From assembly GCA_020696385.1 (NCBI GenBank), contig JAEHCQ010000001.1:288001-352000 (forward strand): DNA of 64,000 nucleotides. The letters are read 5' to 3'. The position numbers were made by a program, and so were the translations under genes. Positions within the stretch are counted from its first letter, which is position 1, and every line of letters starts with the position of its first letter. Positions 9,944 to 22,898 of the stretch are shown one piece after another. The DNA is from Methanobacteriota archaeon. GTDB lineage: Archaea; Thermoplasmatota; Thermoplasmata; SG8-5; JAGLSY01. The notes under the pieces were generated by a model. The model saw only the letters and a list, made by a program, of their open reading frames with translations. It searched no databases and was not told the origin of the DNA.

Positions 9944-11728
9944 ATGCTCGAAGTAAAATTGCGAGATGCGACCATCAGGTCAGGGACTTATACTGGTGAT
10001 GGATGGAAGCTTCCAATTCCAAACATCCTGTTCCCGGAAAGCCACAGGATGGATGCACCTGGCTATGCGGGAGGGATACTGAAGGAAAGCGATGGGAAGG
10101 ACGGTCTGCAAATGGAGATAGGTGGAACATCTATCTCCCTACCTGCTTATTCTGGAGTTCCAAATGGATATGACCCAAAAGGCTGTGAATTGCCCAATTT
10201 TACGATTAAGGATAAGATCGCGGTCATCAGAGCCAGCATAACCGATGAAGAGATGATCGGCCTTCGCGAGAAGGCGGATATATTCATTCTCGAGGGAGCC
10301 GCCGAGCTGTATCAGAATCCCTTTAGATTTGTCGAGATCATGCTTCGCATCAGAGAGGGGATCGGCTATCAGGGCATTCTTTACTTGCCCGGTGTGGCCA
10401 TGCCTCACAATATCGGAGTCTTACTTTACCTTGGCGCGGACCTGCTGGATGCCACTCGTGTGGTATTCCTAACACGCAAGAAAATGTTCCTCACATCTGA
10501 TGGAACTGTACCCAATGAGGATATCGATGAAGGGGAATGCGCATGCCGTGGCTGTGATCTCGATGCCTCGGCGAACGATAGGTTACGGGAGCATAATTTC
10601 CTCGCACTCCAGACAGAGCTTCAACAGGTCAGGGGTAAGATCGCGAAGAGAGGCCTAAGGCAATTTATCGAATACCGGGCGAAGACCTCGCCAGATCTGG
10701 TGGCCATGCTCAGGCTGATGGATAAAAGATATCCGGATTTTGAGGAAAAGAGATTTCCAGTTATTGGACCCGAATTCCAGGCCACCACGAGGCTTTCACT
10801 TGAAAGACCGGATGTCAAGAGATTCCGCGAGCGCATGTTGACAAGATACTGGAAACCATCGGATCCAGATATTCTTCTGATATTGCCATGCTCTGCCAGA
10901 AAGCCCTATTCCAAGTCAAAGAGCCATCAGAAGTTCAGGGAAGTGATCGGCAATTCCAGGGTCGGACACAGGGTGCATGAGCTTATCATCACATCGCCCC
11001 TTGGCCTCGTGCCAAGGGACCTGGAGCTTACCTATCCCGCCCAGCATTATGATATTCCAGTTACCGGTCACTGGTACGAGGATGAGAAGAAGATGATCAA
11101 TGTACTTCTCAAAGAATACCTGGCCATAAACAAATATGATCACATCATCATTCATTTTGGTGATGATGAGATATTCGGCGACCAGGAATATCTGGATGGC
11201 GCTATATCCACGGCTGGTGAAAGACCAACAGATGCACAGTCCCTTGTGAATCTCCAGGACGCACTGGATAATATTCCACTATTGGACAGCAAGCCAGATT
11301 GGAAGAAAAGAACATTGGAAGAGGTCACCAATATGGCCAGATTCCAATGGGGTGAAGATGCAACCGATATCTTCCACGGTTGCAATGTCAAAGGTCGCTA
11401 TCCGATCCTCAAGATCAGGAAAGGAAATAAACAACTGGCCATGGTATCCGAGGCCAGTGGATTCCTTATTCCCACCCTGGACCTGGCGGAGCTCATGGTG
11501 GAGAAGGATCTGTACACGGTGAAGATGCATGATTTTGATCTGATTGGCAATCTGTTCGCGGTTGGAGTGGAGGAAGCCGATCCCCGGATAAGGATTGGGG
11601 ATGAGATCTGCATAATCGACCAGGACGGCTTATTAAGAGCAGCTGGCACTGCGAAGATGAATGCGGATGAGATGGTGCAGAGCACGAAAGGCGAAGCAGT
11701 GCGAGTGCGGCATAAAGCTAAGGTCTGA
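9944..11728 (+). CDS. arcS: Archaeosine synthase subunit alpha (TgtA2)
   Basis: TGT-like N-terminal region, LPCSARKPYSKSKSH motif, YPAQHYDIPVTGHW motif and a C-terminal PUA domain. Confidence 0.9.
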   Translation: MLEVKLRDATIRSGTYTGDGWKLPIPNILFPESHRMDAPGYAGGILKESDGKDGLQMEIGGTSISLPAYSGVPNGYDPKGCELPNFTIKDKIAVIRASITDEEMIGLREKADIFILEGAAELYQNPFRFVEIMLRIREGIGYQGILYLPGVAMPHNIGVLLYLGADLLDATRVVFLTRKKMFLTSDGTVPNEDIDEGECACRGCDLDASANDRLREHNFLALQTELQQVRGKIAKRGLRQFIEYRAKTSPDLVAMLRLMDKRYPDFEEKRFPVIGPEFQATTRLSLERPDVKRFRERMLTRYWKPSDPDILLILPCSARKPYSKSKSHQKFREVIGNSRVGHRVHELIITSPLGLVPRDLELTYPAQHYDIPVTGHWYEDEKKMINVLLKEYLAINKYDHIIIHFGDDEIFGDQEYLDGAISTAGERPTDAQSLVNLQDALDNIPLLDSKPDWKKRTLEEVTNMARFQWGEDATDIFHGCNVKGRYPILKIRKGNKQLAMVSEASGFLIPTLDLAELMVEKDLYTVKMHDFDLIGNLFAVGVEEADPRIRIGDEICIIDQDGLLRAAGTAKMNADEMVQSTKGEAVRVRHKAKV

Positions 11729-11758
11729 TTCATCAAGGATTTAAAAATACCCGAGCGA

Positions 11759-11852
11759 GCAGGCTCATGCGAATTTTTCTTTGTCACCCCTCTCTTTCTT
11801 TTAGAGCATGAGCCAGCACAGCGAGGACAAAAGAAAGAGTGGGGGGCGAAGC
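11759..11852. repeat. Structured intergenic element with interleaved inverted repeats
   Basis: GGCTCATGC (11762-70) pairs with GCATGAGCC (11806-14). CCCC-T-CTCTTTCTTTT (11787-802) pairs with AAAAGAAAGAG-T-GGGG (11829-44). GCGAAGC mini-hairpin at 11846-52. Confidence 0.6.
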
Positions 11853-11872
11853 AGTGCGAGTTAGGCATAAGG

Positions 11873-12778
11873 TCAAAAAGTAGTGATCTTTTTTGACCTG
11901 GATCTTCTGACTTTACCTCTTGTACGGACCTTTCTCACCGTCAATAGAATTCCTAGAAGAGTTAATGCGCCTCCAATTATCACCAGAATGGATCCAGGTG
12001 TTTCTCCGAGCAAAAGAAAGGCCAGAGCTGTTGAACCTATGGGCTCGGCCAGTAGACTTACAGATACGACTGATGCTGTCACATGTTTGAGCGCCCAGTT
12101 GTACAAAGTATGACCCAATAAGCCAGGTATGGCGGCCATGGCGATGAACAAGTAAAAATCTTCTTTTGGATAGGGGTAGAATTTCGTGGACGTGGTCAGG
12201 CACATGATAGCCAGGAATATGGCACAGAATATGTAGACCAAAAATGCATAGGAAAGAAGAGATACATCACGGCGCATCCTTCTTCCAGCCAGTATGTACA
12301 GACCTGCACACATTCCGGCAATGAGGGCAAAGACATTACCAATTATATTTCCTGCACCCATATCACCCCATGACAGAATGATTATTCCGAGAATGGCGAC
12401 GGTTATACCTAAGGCATTGGTCTTGGACACTGGCTCCTTCCACAGATAGTAGGATAATCCAGCCACCAGGATTGGATGGGCAGTTACAAGGATTACTGAA
12501 CTGGCCACCGTGGTTAATTCCAGAGAGCGTATCCATAGAGAAAAATGAGTTGCCAGCACTAAGCCAATGAGTGCTGTCTTGCCTATGCCCTTCCAGCCCA
12601 GTGATCTTATCTCATCCCGCTTGTAAAACAAGGCGAATGGTAGAAGGAACAGGGTGGTGAAAAAAAGCCTCCAGAAAGCGATGGCCAGTGCGGGAGCTGT
12701 GGCCCACCTTATGAGTATCGCTGAAAAGGATACTGAGATAACGGCGATCATGACCGCGAGCTCTGGCTTTTTCATCAT
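11873..12778 (-). CDS. EamA/DMT family transporter
   Basis: About 10 hydrophobic helices in two EamA-like halves; GHTLYNWAL and LAEPIG motifs. Confidence 0.9.
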   Translation of the reverse strand: MMKKPELAVMIAVISVSFSAILIRWATAPALAIAFWRLFFTTLFLLPFALFYKRDEIRSLGWKGIGKTALIGLVLATHFSLWIRSLELTTVASSVILVTAHPILVAGLSYYLWKEPVSKTNALGITVAILGIIILSWGDMGAGNIIGNVFALIAGMCAGLYILAGRRMRRDVSLLSYAFLVYIFCAIFLAIMCLTTSTKFYPYPKEDFYLFIAMAAIPGLLGHTLYNWALKHVTASVVSVSLLAEPIGSTALAFLLLGETPGSILVIIGGALTLLGILLTVRKVRTRGKVRRSRSKKITTF

Positions 12779-12811
12779 TGATGGATTGATAAGGTTGTAT
12801 ATATAGGATAT

Positions 12812-12856
12812 GAAAAAAGAAAGTAAAAGGGAAAAGGCCGCCTATGAGCGGCCTTT
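12812..12856 (-). terminator. Terminator of the acn-aclB-aclA-icd operon
   Basis: AAAGGCCGC/GCGGCCTTT stem (12833-12856) followed by a T-rich tract on the minus strand. Confidence 0.7.
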
Positions 12857-12876
12857 CATTCTATGCTTCCGCCTGA

Positions 12877-15111
<2,235 letters not shown>

Positions 15112-16974
15112 TTACTCCTTCATGTAAAGGATATCATCCCACGGATGCCTGTACATCGGTTGCTTCAATCTCTTCTGGTCCATATGATGACCCATGAAAC
15201 CAATGCTTCTTCCGAGAACGAAAAGACCGTTCAATGCACCCATATTGATGTATTCATCCGCCACATTCTTGGGGAATTCATTCCTCAGCATATCGGCGAA
15301 GCATATTCCAATGACACCATCCACATTCAATATGAGATTGTCACGCTTGGAAGTAGTTAATTTCTCAACTTCCAACGCATAGTCCAGCAATGGTGATTTC
15401 TTGAAGTTCTTCTTCACGTAGTTCTTCATCACTGTCACCCTCATATCCGGATTGTGCACGCTCTTCACACGGTGCCCGATACCCTGGATATTGACACCTT
15501 TGGCTTTCATCTCATCGATGAATTCCTGAGGCGTGAGTCCCCTATCATAAGCTGATGAGAACATCTGGGCAGCTCCGTCTATCGCGCCTCCGAACCTTGG
15601 CCCGATACATAGCAGGCCGCTCACAAGCGAAGAAATTAGATCCTTGCCAGCTCTTGTTGCGACGATCGTATTATGTGCACCGGAAACAGCTGGTCCATGG
15701 TCGGCTACGACCATGAGCACGTTCTCGATGAATTTGCAAGCGTATCTTGGCATCAATTTCTTGAACCACAGTATACTGAGAACACCGCCCAGACCGATAT
15801 CTTTCTTGAACACATCGGATATCGCCATGTCGCCATAGAATAGCTCCTCACCCCTCTCATCAGAGATGGTGGAGATAAAGCTGGATGGCTTTCTTATTTC
15901 TCCAGCCTTCATAGCCTTGGCATAATCTGCTGGCATTATCGGAGCAACTGGTTCTGGGCCTGGTTTTATCTTACCATTCTTGACCAGTTTCTTGTAGGTT
16001 TGATTGATCTTCAGAGCATAGTCATCGAAAGAATTTGGCACGATCGCGCCTGCTTTCTTCAATGCCTTGTTCTTGGCATCGGCTGTCTCGGCTTCCGCAT
16101 CCGCCTTGGCGCCCGCATGTCCGAATTGAACATCGGTCTTGAAGGCCTTGGCGCAGGTGCCAGTGACCCACATTACCAGTGGCTTCTTTATCTTCTTCTT
16201 ATCGAGAGCCTCGACGATATTATATTCATCAACTCCGCCGACCTCTCCCAAGCATACCAGCATCTTGACCTTCGGATTCTTCTCATATCTCATGAGATGA
16301 TCCATCAATGTGCTTCCTGGGTACATGTCGCCTCCGATGGCGATCCCTTCGTAGAGACCGTCGGTGTTACGGGCGATGATATTGTAAGCCTCATTGCTCA
16401 GACCGCCGGATTTGGATACGAAACCAACAGAGCCAGGTCTTCCGAGCTTGGACTCGATGATATTGTCGATCGTTCCCGCGGTATTACCTATCTTGAAAGC
16501 TCCGGCCTGAATTCCACCAACAGTGGCTGGTCCGATTATAACACGGTCCAGTTTCTTGGCCTTGGCGATAAGCTCCTTCATCCTACGCTCTGGCACGCCT
16601 TCTGCAATTACGACGATTGTTTTCAATTGCTTTATCTCGAAGGCTTCCTCAACAGATTTAGGTGCAGACCTGAATGATGCGAAACTGATCATCACATCCA
16701 CGTTTTTGTGCTTCTTTGCCGCGTCCTTCATGGACTTGAACACAGGGATCAATATCTCCTTTGGTCCGAAGAAGAACTTCTCCAGACCATCCTTGCCAGT
16801 CGGGTTGATGATAGCCGCGACCGATGGTGTTTCCCTGTCGCTTACATAATCGAAATCAAGCATTCTCTGGGTCGCTGCCACCTGCCTGTTGTAGATGAAG
16901 GCCTGTGTTGTTTTATCGAAAAGCTCGTATGATTTCTTTTCGGTCTTTTTCTGAGTTGTCTTTTTAGCAGCCAT
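15112..16974 (-). CDS. aclA: ATP citrate lyase alpha subunit
   Basis: [17 protein letters not shown], phospho-His QFGHAGA, and a citryl-CoA lyase domain ([30 protein letters not shown]). Confidence 0.95.
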   Translation of the reverse strand: MAAKKTTQKKTEKKSYELFDKTTQAFIYNRQVAATQRMLDFDYVSDRETPSVAAIINPTGKDGLEKFFFGPKEILIPVFKSMKDAAKKHKNVDVMISFASFRSAPKSVEEAFEIKQLKTIVVIAEGVPERRMKELIAKAKKLDRVIIGPATVGGIQAGAFKIGNTAGTIDNIIESKLGRPGSVGFVSKSGGLSNEAYNIIARNTDGLYEGIAIGGDMYPGSTLMDHLMRYEKNPKVKMLVCLGEVGGVDEYNIVEALDKKKIKKPLVMWVTGTCAKAFKTDVQFGHAGAKADAEAETADAKNKALKKAGAIVPNSFDDYALKINQTYKKLVKNGKIKPGPEPVAPIMPADYAKAMKAGEIRKPSSFISTISDERGEELFYGDMAISDVFKKDIGLGGVLSILWFKKLMPRYACKFIENVLMVVADHGPAVSGAHNTIVATRAGKDLISSLVSGLLCIGPRFGGAIDGAAQMFSSAYDRGLTPQEFIDEMKAKGVNIQGIGHRVKSVHNPDMRVTVMKNYVKKNFKKSPLLDYALEVEKLTTSKRDNLILNVDGVIGICFADMLRNEFPKNVADEYINMGALNGLFVLGRSIGFMGHHMDQKRLKQPMYRHPWDDILYMKE

Positions 16975-16975
16975 C

Positions 16976-18253
16976 TTATTTACCTCCTTTCAAAGCCATG
17001 GAAACAATGTTCGTCATGTGAGTCTCCGGTCCATAGACCTCGATGTCCAGACCGATCTCTTCCTTTAGGGCTCCGATGTTCTTCAATCCAGCTGCATAAT
17101 TCGGTCCGCCCCTTCTGACATATATCTTGACATTCTGTTTCTTCAGTCTGTCACCGTATTCGCGAAGTGCTCGAATGATGCCAGTGAAAGTTTTAGCAAC
17201 ATCTGTGAAGTTGGCGATACCTCCGCCAACTATCAGGTACTTGCCCTTCTTATTCGGTTTCTGGGTCATCAGGTCCAGTATGGTCTTCGCATAAAGGTAA
17301 GTGAATTCCTCATTGGGATTTCCAGAGTATTCACCATAATTGGCCATCTCATCCATGAAGCCCAGATCGGTGATCGTGTCAGCGTAGATAACGGAAGCTC
17401 CGCCACCTGCGACCATGGTCCATATCCTTCCTTCTGGGTTCAATACGGTTAATTTCAGGGAAGAGCCGGTCTTTCCATCCAGCATGTCGATATACTCCTC
17501 CTCCGGAGTCCTTATTCTGCCAAATGGTGATGGGAACTCGACATCGCCCCATTTCTTGCCAGAAACAAATCGAGCAGTATCATCCAGCTTGGCAGCCAGA
17601 TCAAGTGGGTAAACATCCTTTCCCACGACAACCACTGGGTTTATCTCCAGATAAGCGAAGTTCAGGTCTGCGTAGAACTTGTACATGCCCTCGAAGAACT
17701 CTGCCAGCATCTTCTTGCGATCCTTTGGAGCCTTGGCCACGAGCTTCTTCTCAAACTCAGCGGCTGTTGGCATTTCACCCACTGGCACGAGCATCTTGGT
17801 CGCCTTCGCATCAATATCTCCAACATCCACTCCTCCTTCATGGTAGAAAAGAACAAGGTCGCCTTCCAATACCGAGGTAATGGCGAAGTAATACTCATCC
17901 TTCTGCTCATGTGGTATGAAGGGCTCGACAATGAAATGATCCAGTATGCCAGTTGTCTTTCCAACTGTGACTTTCTTGCTCATCCTTGCCTTGATCCATT
18001 TCTCGGCTTCTTTCCAGTCCGTATTAAGCAAAAGCAGCTTGCTCTTGCCTCGCCTCTTGATAAGCTGGTCTGGCTTCACGACCAACTTCTCCTTCAATAA
18101 CCATTTGTACTTATTTGGTAATTTCTTCATATCAGTCTCTGGTCCGATGGTGATATACCTGTCCTTGACAGGGTATTTACCGCCAGTGTAATCTTTCAAT
18201 AGGCGGGCCATCATCTTCTTTCCGTCCGCCTCTCTTATTGCTTTTTGTGCCAT
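16976..18253 (-). CDS. aclB: ATP citrate lyase beta subunit
   Basis: [48 protein letters not shown] and RRGGPNY motifs; abuts aclA. Confidence 0.95.
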   Translation of the reverse strand: MAQKAIREADGKKMMARLLKDYTGGKYPVKDRYITIGPETDMKKLPNKYKWLLKEKLVVKPDQLIKRRGKSKLLLLNTDWKEAEKWIKARMSKKVTVGKTTGILDHFIVEPFIPHEQKDEYYFAITSVLEGDLVLFYHEGGVDVGDIDAKATKMLVPVGEMPTAAEFEKKLVAKAPKDRKKMLAEFFEGMYKFYADLNFAYLEINPVVVVGKDVYPLDLAAKLDDTARFVSGKKWGDVEFPSPFGRIRTPEEEYIDMLDGKTGSSLKLTVLNPEGRIWTMVAGGGASVIYADTITDLGFMDEMANYGEYSGNPNEEFTYLYAKTILDLMTQKPNKKGKYLIVGGGIANFTDVAKTFTGIIRALREYGDRLKKQNVKIYVRRGGPNYAAGLKNIGALKEEIGLDIEVYGPETHMTNIVSMALKGGK

Positions 18254-18341
18254 TCTTTATTCCTCCTCTTTTTATTTTCTCTCGATATTCATTATTTTTT
18301 GGATATGTATATCTCATTCCTTAACGGGTAGGGCAATAGCC

Positions 18342-20276
18342 CTACTCCTTCACGGTGTAGGCCAGTAGTCCACCCTCGCATAGGATCTCCTTCTGTCTGT
18401 CCGATAAACTGTAGACCAATTCCAGTTCAATTCCCTTGGTCTTATTGACAAGGATAACTGGCTCACTGGCCATGATCTTCTGCTTGATACCAGGCATCTC
18501 GATCTCATCGCCCTGATCGACCTTGTCATAATCAGCCTCATTCTTGAAGGCCAGTGACACTATCCCGAAGTTCACAAGATTAGCCGCATGGATCCTCTCG
18601 ACGGATTTCGCGATAACGGCTTTCACACCAAGATACATGGGGCAAAGTGCCGCGTGCTCTCGTGAACTACCCTGGCCGTATGATTTCCCGGCCATGATGA
18701 TATTGTGTCTGCCTTTCTGCTTGTTCTCCATCGATCGTGTTGGGAAAGTGGTGTCCACTGGCTCGAAAACATATTCAGAATATTTTGGAACATTGGATCG
18801 ATACTTCAACCTGGCTCCTGCTGGCATGATATGGTCGGTGGTTATATTGTCCCCGACCTTGAGCATGATGTCTCCGATGATATCATCGGACATCCGATCA
18901 TTGCTTGGAGGGTTACCGATATTCGGACCCCTGTACACCTCGACATTGGATGGAGCATCCTGTGGGAATATGAACATGGAATCATCGATCAGGAAATTAT
19001 CTGGCATGTCCACATTCGGGAAATCAAGACCTGCAGTTCGGGGGTCTGTGAAAGTACCAGCTACTGCGGAAACAGCCGCGACCTCGGGGCTTATCAGATA
19101 AACCTGCGCGCTCTTTGTCCCGCTCCTTCCCTCGAAATTCCTATTATTCGTCCTGAGGGATATGGCATCGGTCTTCGGGCTCTGGTGATTTCCAATGCAA
19201 AAGCCGCATGCGGATTCCAATACCCTGGCACCACTGTCAATAAGGTCTGCCAGATATCCTTCCTTGGCGATCATCTGAAGCACCTGTCTTGAACCAGGGG
19301 CTATTCCGAATGATGTGTCTGGATGGGCTCGCTTGCCCTTCATTATCTTGGCAACCGTCACCATGTCCTTGTAGGATGAATTGGTGCATGAGCCAACGAG
19401 AACCTGATCCACTTTGGTGCCTGCCATCTCACTCACCTTGATGACCTTTCCCGGGCTATGAGGAGCGGCGGCCATTGGCTCGATCGTGCTTAGATCGAGA
19501 TCGATGACCTTGTCGTATTCCGCGTCATCGTCTGCGGCCATCGCTGTCCAGTCGCCTTCACGACCCTGTGCTCGAAGAAACTTGCGAGTTTCTTCATCTG
19601 AAGGGAATAAAGAAGTGGTGACTCCCATTTCGGCTCCCATATTCGTGATGGTAGCTCTCTCGGGAACTGATAAGGTGGCAACTCCAGGGCCAGCATATTC
19701 CATTATCACACCAACATTGCCCTTGACACTGAATATCTCCAGCATTTTCAGAACTACGTCCTTCGCGCTGACCCAGTCTGAAAGCTTGCCCACCAGGTTT
19801 ATCTTGTACACCCTGGGGCATGTGATGTAAAATGGTCCACCACCCATGGCGACTGCGACATCCAAACCGCCAGCACCGATGGAGATCATACCAATTCCAC
19901 CGCCTGTTGGAGTGTGGCTGTCCGAGCCAGTCATGGTCTTGCCTGGCTTTCCAAATCTCTCAAGGTGTACCTGGTGGCAAATTCCATTGCCAGCCTTTGA
20001 ATACACGATTCCGAACTTGGCGGCTACGGATTGCAGATATTTATGATCATCCGCATTCTCGAAACCTACCTGGACCGTGTTATGATCGACATAACTTACC
20101 GAAAGCTCGGTCTTGACCTTGTCAAGGCCCATTGCCTCGAATTGCAGATAAGCCATGGTACCTGTCGCGTCCTGGGTCAATGTCTGATCGATCTTGATGC
20201 CGATCTCGTTCCCAGGCACATATTCGCCCACTACCAAATGTTCCTCTAAAATCTTACGTGTCAAACTTCTACCCAT
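18342..20276 (-). CDS. acn: Aconitate hydratase (short ~640-aa type)
   Basis: TQDATGT, DHN, GICHQVH, DSHT, GSCTN, CGFCIG, NRNFEGR, TTDHI and GSSREHA motifs. ORF track start is 20285. Confidence 0.92.
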   Translation of the reverse strand: MGRSLTRKILEEHLVVGEYVPGNEIGIKIDQTLTQDATGTMAYLQFEAMGLDKVKTELSVSYVDHNTVQVGFENADDHKYLQSVAAKFGIVYSKAGNGICHQVHLERFGKPGKTMTGSDSHTPTGGGIGMISIGAGGLDVAVAMGGGPFYITCPRVYKINLVGKLSDWVSAKDVVLKMLEIFSVKGNVGVIMEYAGPGVATLSVPERATITNMGAEMGVTTSLFPSDEETRKFLRAQGREGDWTAMAADDDAEYDKVIDLDLSTIEPMAAAPHSPGKVIKVSEMAGTKVDQVLVGSCTNSSYKDMVTVAKIMKGKRAHPDTSFGIAPGSRQVLQMIAKEGYLADLIDSGARVLESACGFCIGNHQSPKTDAISLRTNNRNFEGRSGTKSAQVYLISPEVAAVSAVAGTFTDPRTAGLDFPNVDMPDNFLIDDSMFIFPQDAPSNVEVYRGPNIGNPPSNDRMSDDIIGDIMLKVGDNITTDHIMPAGARLKYRSNVPKYSEYVFEPVDTTFPTRSMENKQKGRHNIIMAGKSYGQGSSREHAALCPMYLGVKAVIAKSVERIHAANLVNFGIVSLAFKNEADYDKVDQGDEIEMPGIKQKIMASEPVILVNKTKGIELELVYSLSDRQKEILCEGGLLAYTVKE

Positions 20277-20378
20277 GATAATCAATCCTCTGTCTATTCG
20301 ATACTATTTTCAAACCCCCCTTTAACTGTTAATTAAAGGTTATCTATGCTAAGATATCACTGGGTAAAGTAAAAGAGG

Positions 20379-20409
20379 TTATTAAGAGTTTTTATTAAAC
20401 TCTTAATAA
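20379..20409. promoter_or_regulatory. Perfect 13-bp inverted repeat upstream of acn (candidate operator)
   Basis: TTATTAAGAGTTT-ttatt-AAACTCTTAATAA, about 100 bp upstream of the acn start. Confidence 0.5.
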
Positions 20410-20447
20410 TCTATAACTTTCTAAGAAAAATATTTAAAATGAAAGGT

Positions 20448-20474
20448 CGGAGGCCGAAATCACAACGGCCTCCG
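20448..20474 (-). terminator. Terminator hairpin
   Basis: CGGAGGCCG/CGGCCTCCG stem 10 bp past the stop at 20485; T-rich tail on the minus strand. Confidence 0.65.
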
Positions 20475-20484
20475 TTTATCTGTT

Positions 20485-21834
20485 TCATAGATCGCTGACA
20501 AAGGCCCCGGACATAGCGGCATCGTCTTTGAATTCGTCTGTCCAGTCATATCTGGAATCATACTCCTTCTTGTGATGCTTGTCAAAGTTCGAAAGGAAGC
20601 GGTTCTGATGCTTCTTCCAAATCTCTGGGCTGGTCAATCTCGTTGTGGCCATCTGATTGGATATGTCATACGATGTCACACTGTCCATGTCCTCGAAGGC
20701 CATCTTGGCGAAATTCTGGACAGCCTTCCTTGATTCTGCCAATACGGATACCAATAGGTCATCCTCCCCAAGAGTGTATGATACATAGGTAAGGTAAACA
20801 TTGTCTGGATACGCATATCCCGTGATCTTGGAGCGAATTGCTTGGTAATGCTTTGGAAGAACCCGTAAAGTTATGAGGAACCTGAACAGGCCTTCAGGAT
20901 GTTGTTTGGGCATCAGAAAATACGTTGGTTCGAGCATGGGTATGGTCCTTGTTTTGCTGACCGAGCTCATGTTCTGCATATTGTCCACAACGAAGTTCTT
21001 GAGATCTTCGAAATTGTTCACTTCAAAGATCACTGATGAATAATTCTTCTTCTCTGGCCTTGAAGCATAGAGCGGTTTGATATGCTCTGTTTCGAACTTG
21101 GGAACATCTGTCTTTATCTCATCCCATAATTTGGTCATTCCAGTCTTGCCAAACATCCTCACTATGACCGTGAAGGAATCTTTCTCGCTGGCATATTTTT
21201 TGAAGAGATCTGGGTTCTTTAAGGATCCGCCCTCTCCCGCAGGAGCTGAATAAATGAACCTGTCCGTATGGGCATTCATCTCGTTCTGAGGGAGCATAGG
21301 CAACCTTCGAACTATCTTCGAGATATCCATAGCATTGACTCCTTTGATGGAATTTATCTTATCATTAGCAAACTTATTTGCAGCTTCCCTGTCCTTTGCG
21401 AACATTGAAACAATAATGTCATCGTCCCCAAATGAATAGGAAACATAATTGACGAAGGCATTGCCATCTGTCTTGGTTGCCGCGATATTATCATATACTG
21501 ATTTGTAATTTTCAGGGTCCACCCTCAGAACGGCTATGTATCGATCCATATCTTCTGGATGTCCCTCTGGAAGTGGGAAATATATCGGGCTCATAATTGG
21601 GATGGTACGGGTCTGGCTAACTGAAGCCATGGCCATAACGTCCTTCAGGAAAACATTCTCCACAGCCTCGAACTTCTTCACATCCAGAAGTATGCTGACA
21701 TATCTCTTGCCTTCCTGACGAAGAGCATACAGGGGCTTTACATCGTCCCAATATAGATTTCTCTTCTCGCTCTCAAACACATTACAGAAATTACTCAATC
21801 CACCTTTTGGAAATAATCTAACTAACACTAACAT
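20485..21834 (-). CDS. Internally duplicated protein of tandem Lrp/AsnC ligand-binding (RAM)-like domains, no HTH seen
   Basis: The two halves align (KPLYA, SVS.TRTIP, HPE, LRV.P, YVSY..G.DD). The GDDDII...KINSIKGV pattern resembles AsnC C-terminal domains. Confidence 0.65.
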   Translation of the reverse strand: MLVLVRLFPKGGLSNFCNVFESEKRNLYWDDVKPLYALRQEGKRYVSILLDVKKFEAVENVFLKDVMAMASVSQTRTIPIMSPIYFPLPEGHPEDMDRYIAVLRVDPENYKSVYDNIAATKTDGNAFVNYVSYSFGDDDIIVSMFAKDREAANKFANDKINSIKGVNAMDISKIVRRLPMLPQNEMNAHTDRFIYSAPAGEGGSLKNPDLFKKYASEKDSFTVIVRMFGKTGMTKLWDEIKTDVPKFETEHIKPLYASRPEKKNYSSVIFEVNNFEDLKNFVVDNMQNMSSVSKTRTIPMLEPTYFLMPKQHPEGLFRFLITLRVLPKHYQAIRSKITGYAYPDNVYLTYVSYTLGEDDLLVSVLAESRKAVQNFAKMAFEDMDSVTSYDISNQMATTRLTSPEIWKKHQNRFLSNFDKHHKKEYDSRYDWTDEFKDDAAMSGAFVSDL

Positions 21835-21960
21835 ATCATAATCCTCCCTTATTGACTATGTATATCACAATGGCATTTGTACTATATATATATTCTCATT
21901 TTTGATATATTGTAAATTAATAATTGTTATTTTTTCGCATCCTATAGAAGATATACTGGC

Positions 21961-21974
21961 ATTGCGTAAATTAT
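21961..21974. promoter_or_regulatory. 14-bp motif ATTGCGTAAATTAT, copy 1
   Basis: Exact copy at 27421-27434. Both copies are intergenic and upstream of minus-strand genes in the TCA cluster. Confidence 0.35.
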
Positions 21975-22027
21975 GGGAGATGATGATGAAGAAGACCCTC
22001 GTCCAAAGGGCAAGGGTCTCATACACC

Positions 22028-22897
22028 TTAACCTTCCAATATCCTCTTGGCCGTGACGCCCACATCTGCCGGTGAATCCGCAACCGCGACACCCGCGGCC
22101 CTGAGAGCTTCCTTCTTTTCTGCTGCGGTTCCTTTTCCTCCAGCGATGATGGCACCTGCATGACCCATTCTCTTACCCTTTGGGGCTGTGGATCCGGCTA
22201 TAAATGCGACCACTGGCTTCGTCATGTGGTTCTTGATATATTCAGCTGCAATTTCCTCGTCAGTTCCACCGATCTCACCGATGAGCGCGACCATGTCGGT
22301 GTCTGGGTCATTATTGAACATCTCGAGAGCGTCCCTGTGTGAGGTTCCTATTACGGGATCTCCTCCGATACCGATGCAAGTGCTCTGGCCGATGCCAACT
22401 GCCGTAAGCTGAGCCGCGACCTCGTATGTGAGAGTTCCAGATCGGGATATGACACCGCATTTGCCAGGCATGAAGATACTAACTGGCAAAATACCCATCT
22501 TGCCAACACCTGGTGTGATGATACCAGGGCAATTAGGGCCTATAAGATTTGTCTTGCTGTTCTTCAGCTTGTTCTTGACCTTGACCATGTCCAATGTTGG
22601 AATTCCTTCGGTTATCAGAACCACCAGTTCGAGCTCCGCGTCTATGGCCTCCATGACCGCATCGGCCGCGAAGGGCGATGGAACGAATATGATGGAAGCA
22701 TTGGCGCCAGTCGCGGCTTTTGCATCCGCAACTGTATTGAAACATGGTATTCCCAGAACATCCTGGCCTGCTTTTCCTGGTCTAATGCCAGCGACTACCT
22801 TTGTTCCGCACTCCAGCATCTTCTCCGCATGGAACTGGCCTTCCTTGCCAAGTCCCTGAACCATTACTTTCGTGTGCTCTTTGAGTAATATTGCCAT
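22028..22897 (-). CDS. sucD: Succinyl-CoA synthetase alpha subunit
   Basis: [22 protein letters not shown] and RMGHAGAI motifs. ORF track start is 22906. Confidence 0.95.
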   Translation of the reverse strand: MAILLKEHTKVMVQGLGKEGQFHAEKMLECGTKVVAGIRPGKAGQDVLGIPCFNTVADAKAATGANASIIFVPSPFAADAVMEAIDAELELVVLITEGIPTLDMVKVKNKLKNSKTNLIGPNCPGIITPGVGKMGILPVSIFMPGKCGVISRSGTLTYEVAAQLTAVGIGQSTCIGIGGDPVIGTSHRDALEMFNNDPDTDMVALIGEIGGTDEEIAAEYIKNHMTKPVVAFIAGSTAPKGKRMGHAGAIIAGGKGTAAEKKEALRAAGVAVADSPADVGVTAKRILEG

Positions 22898-22898
22898 A

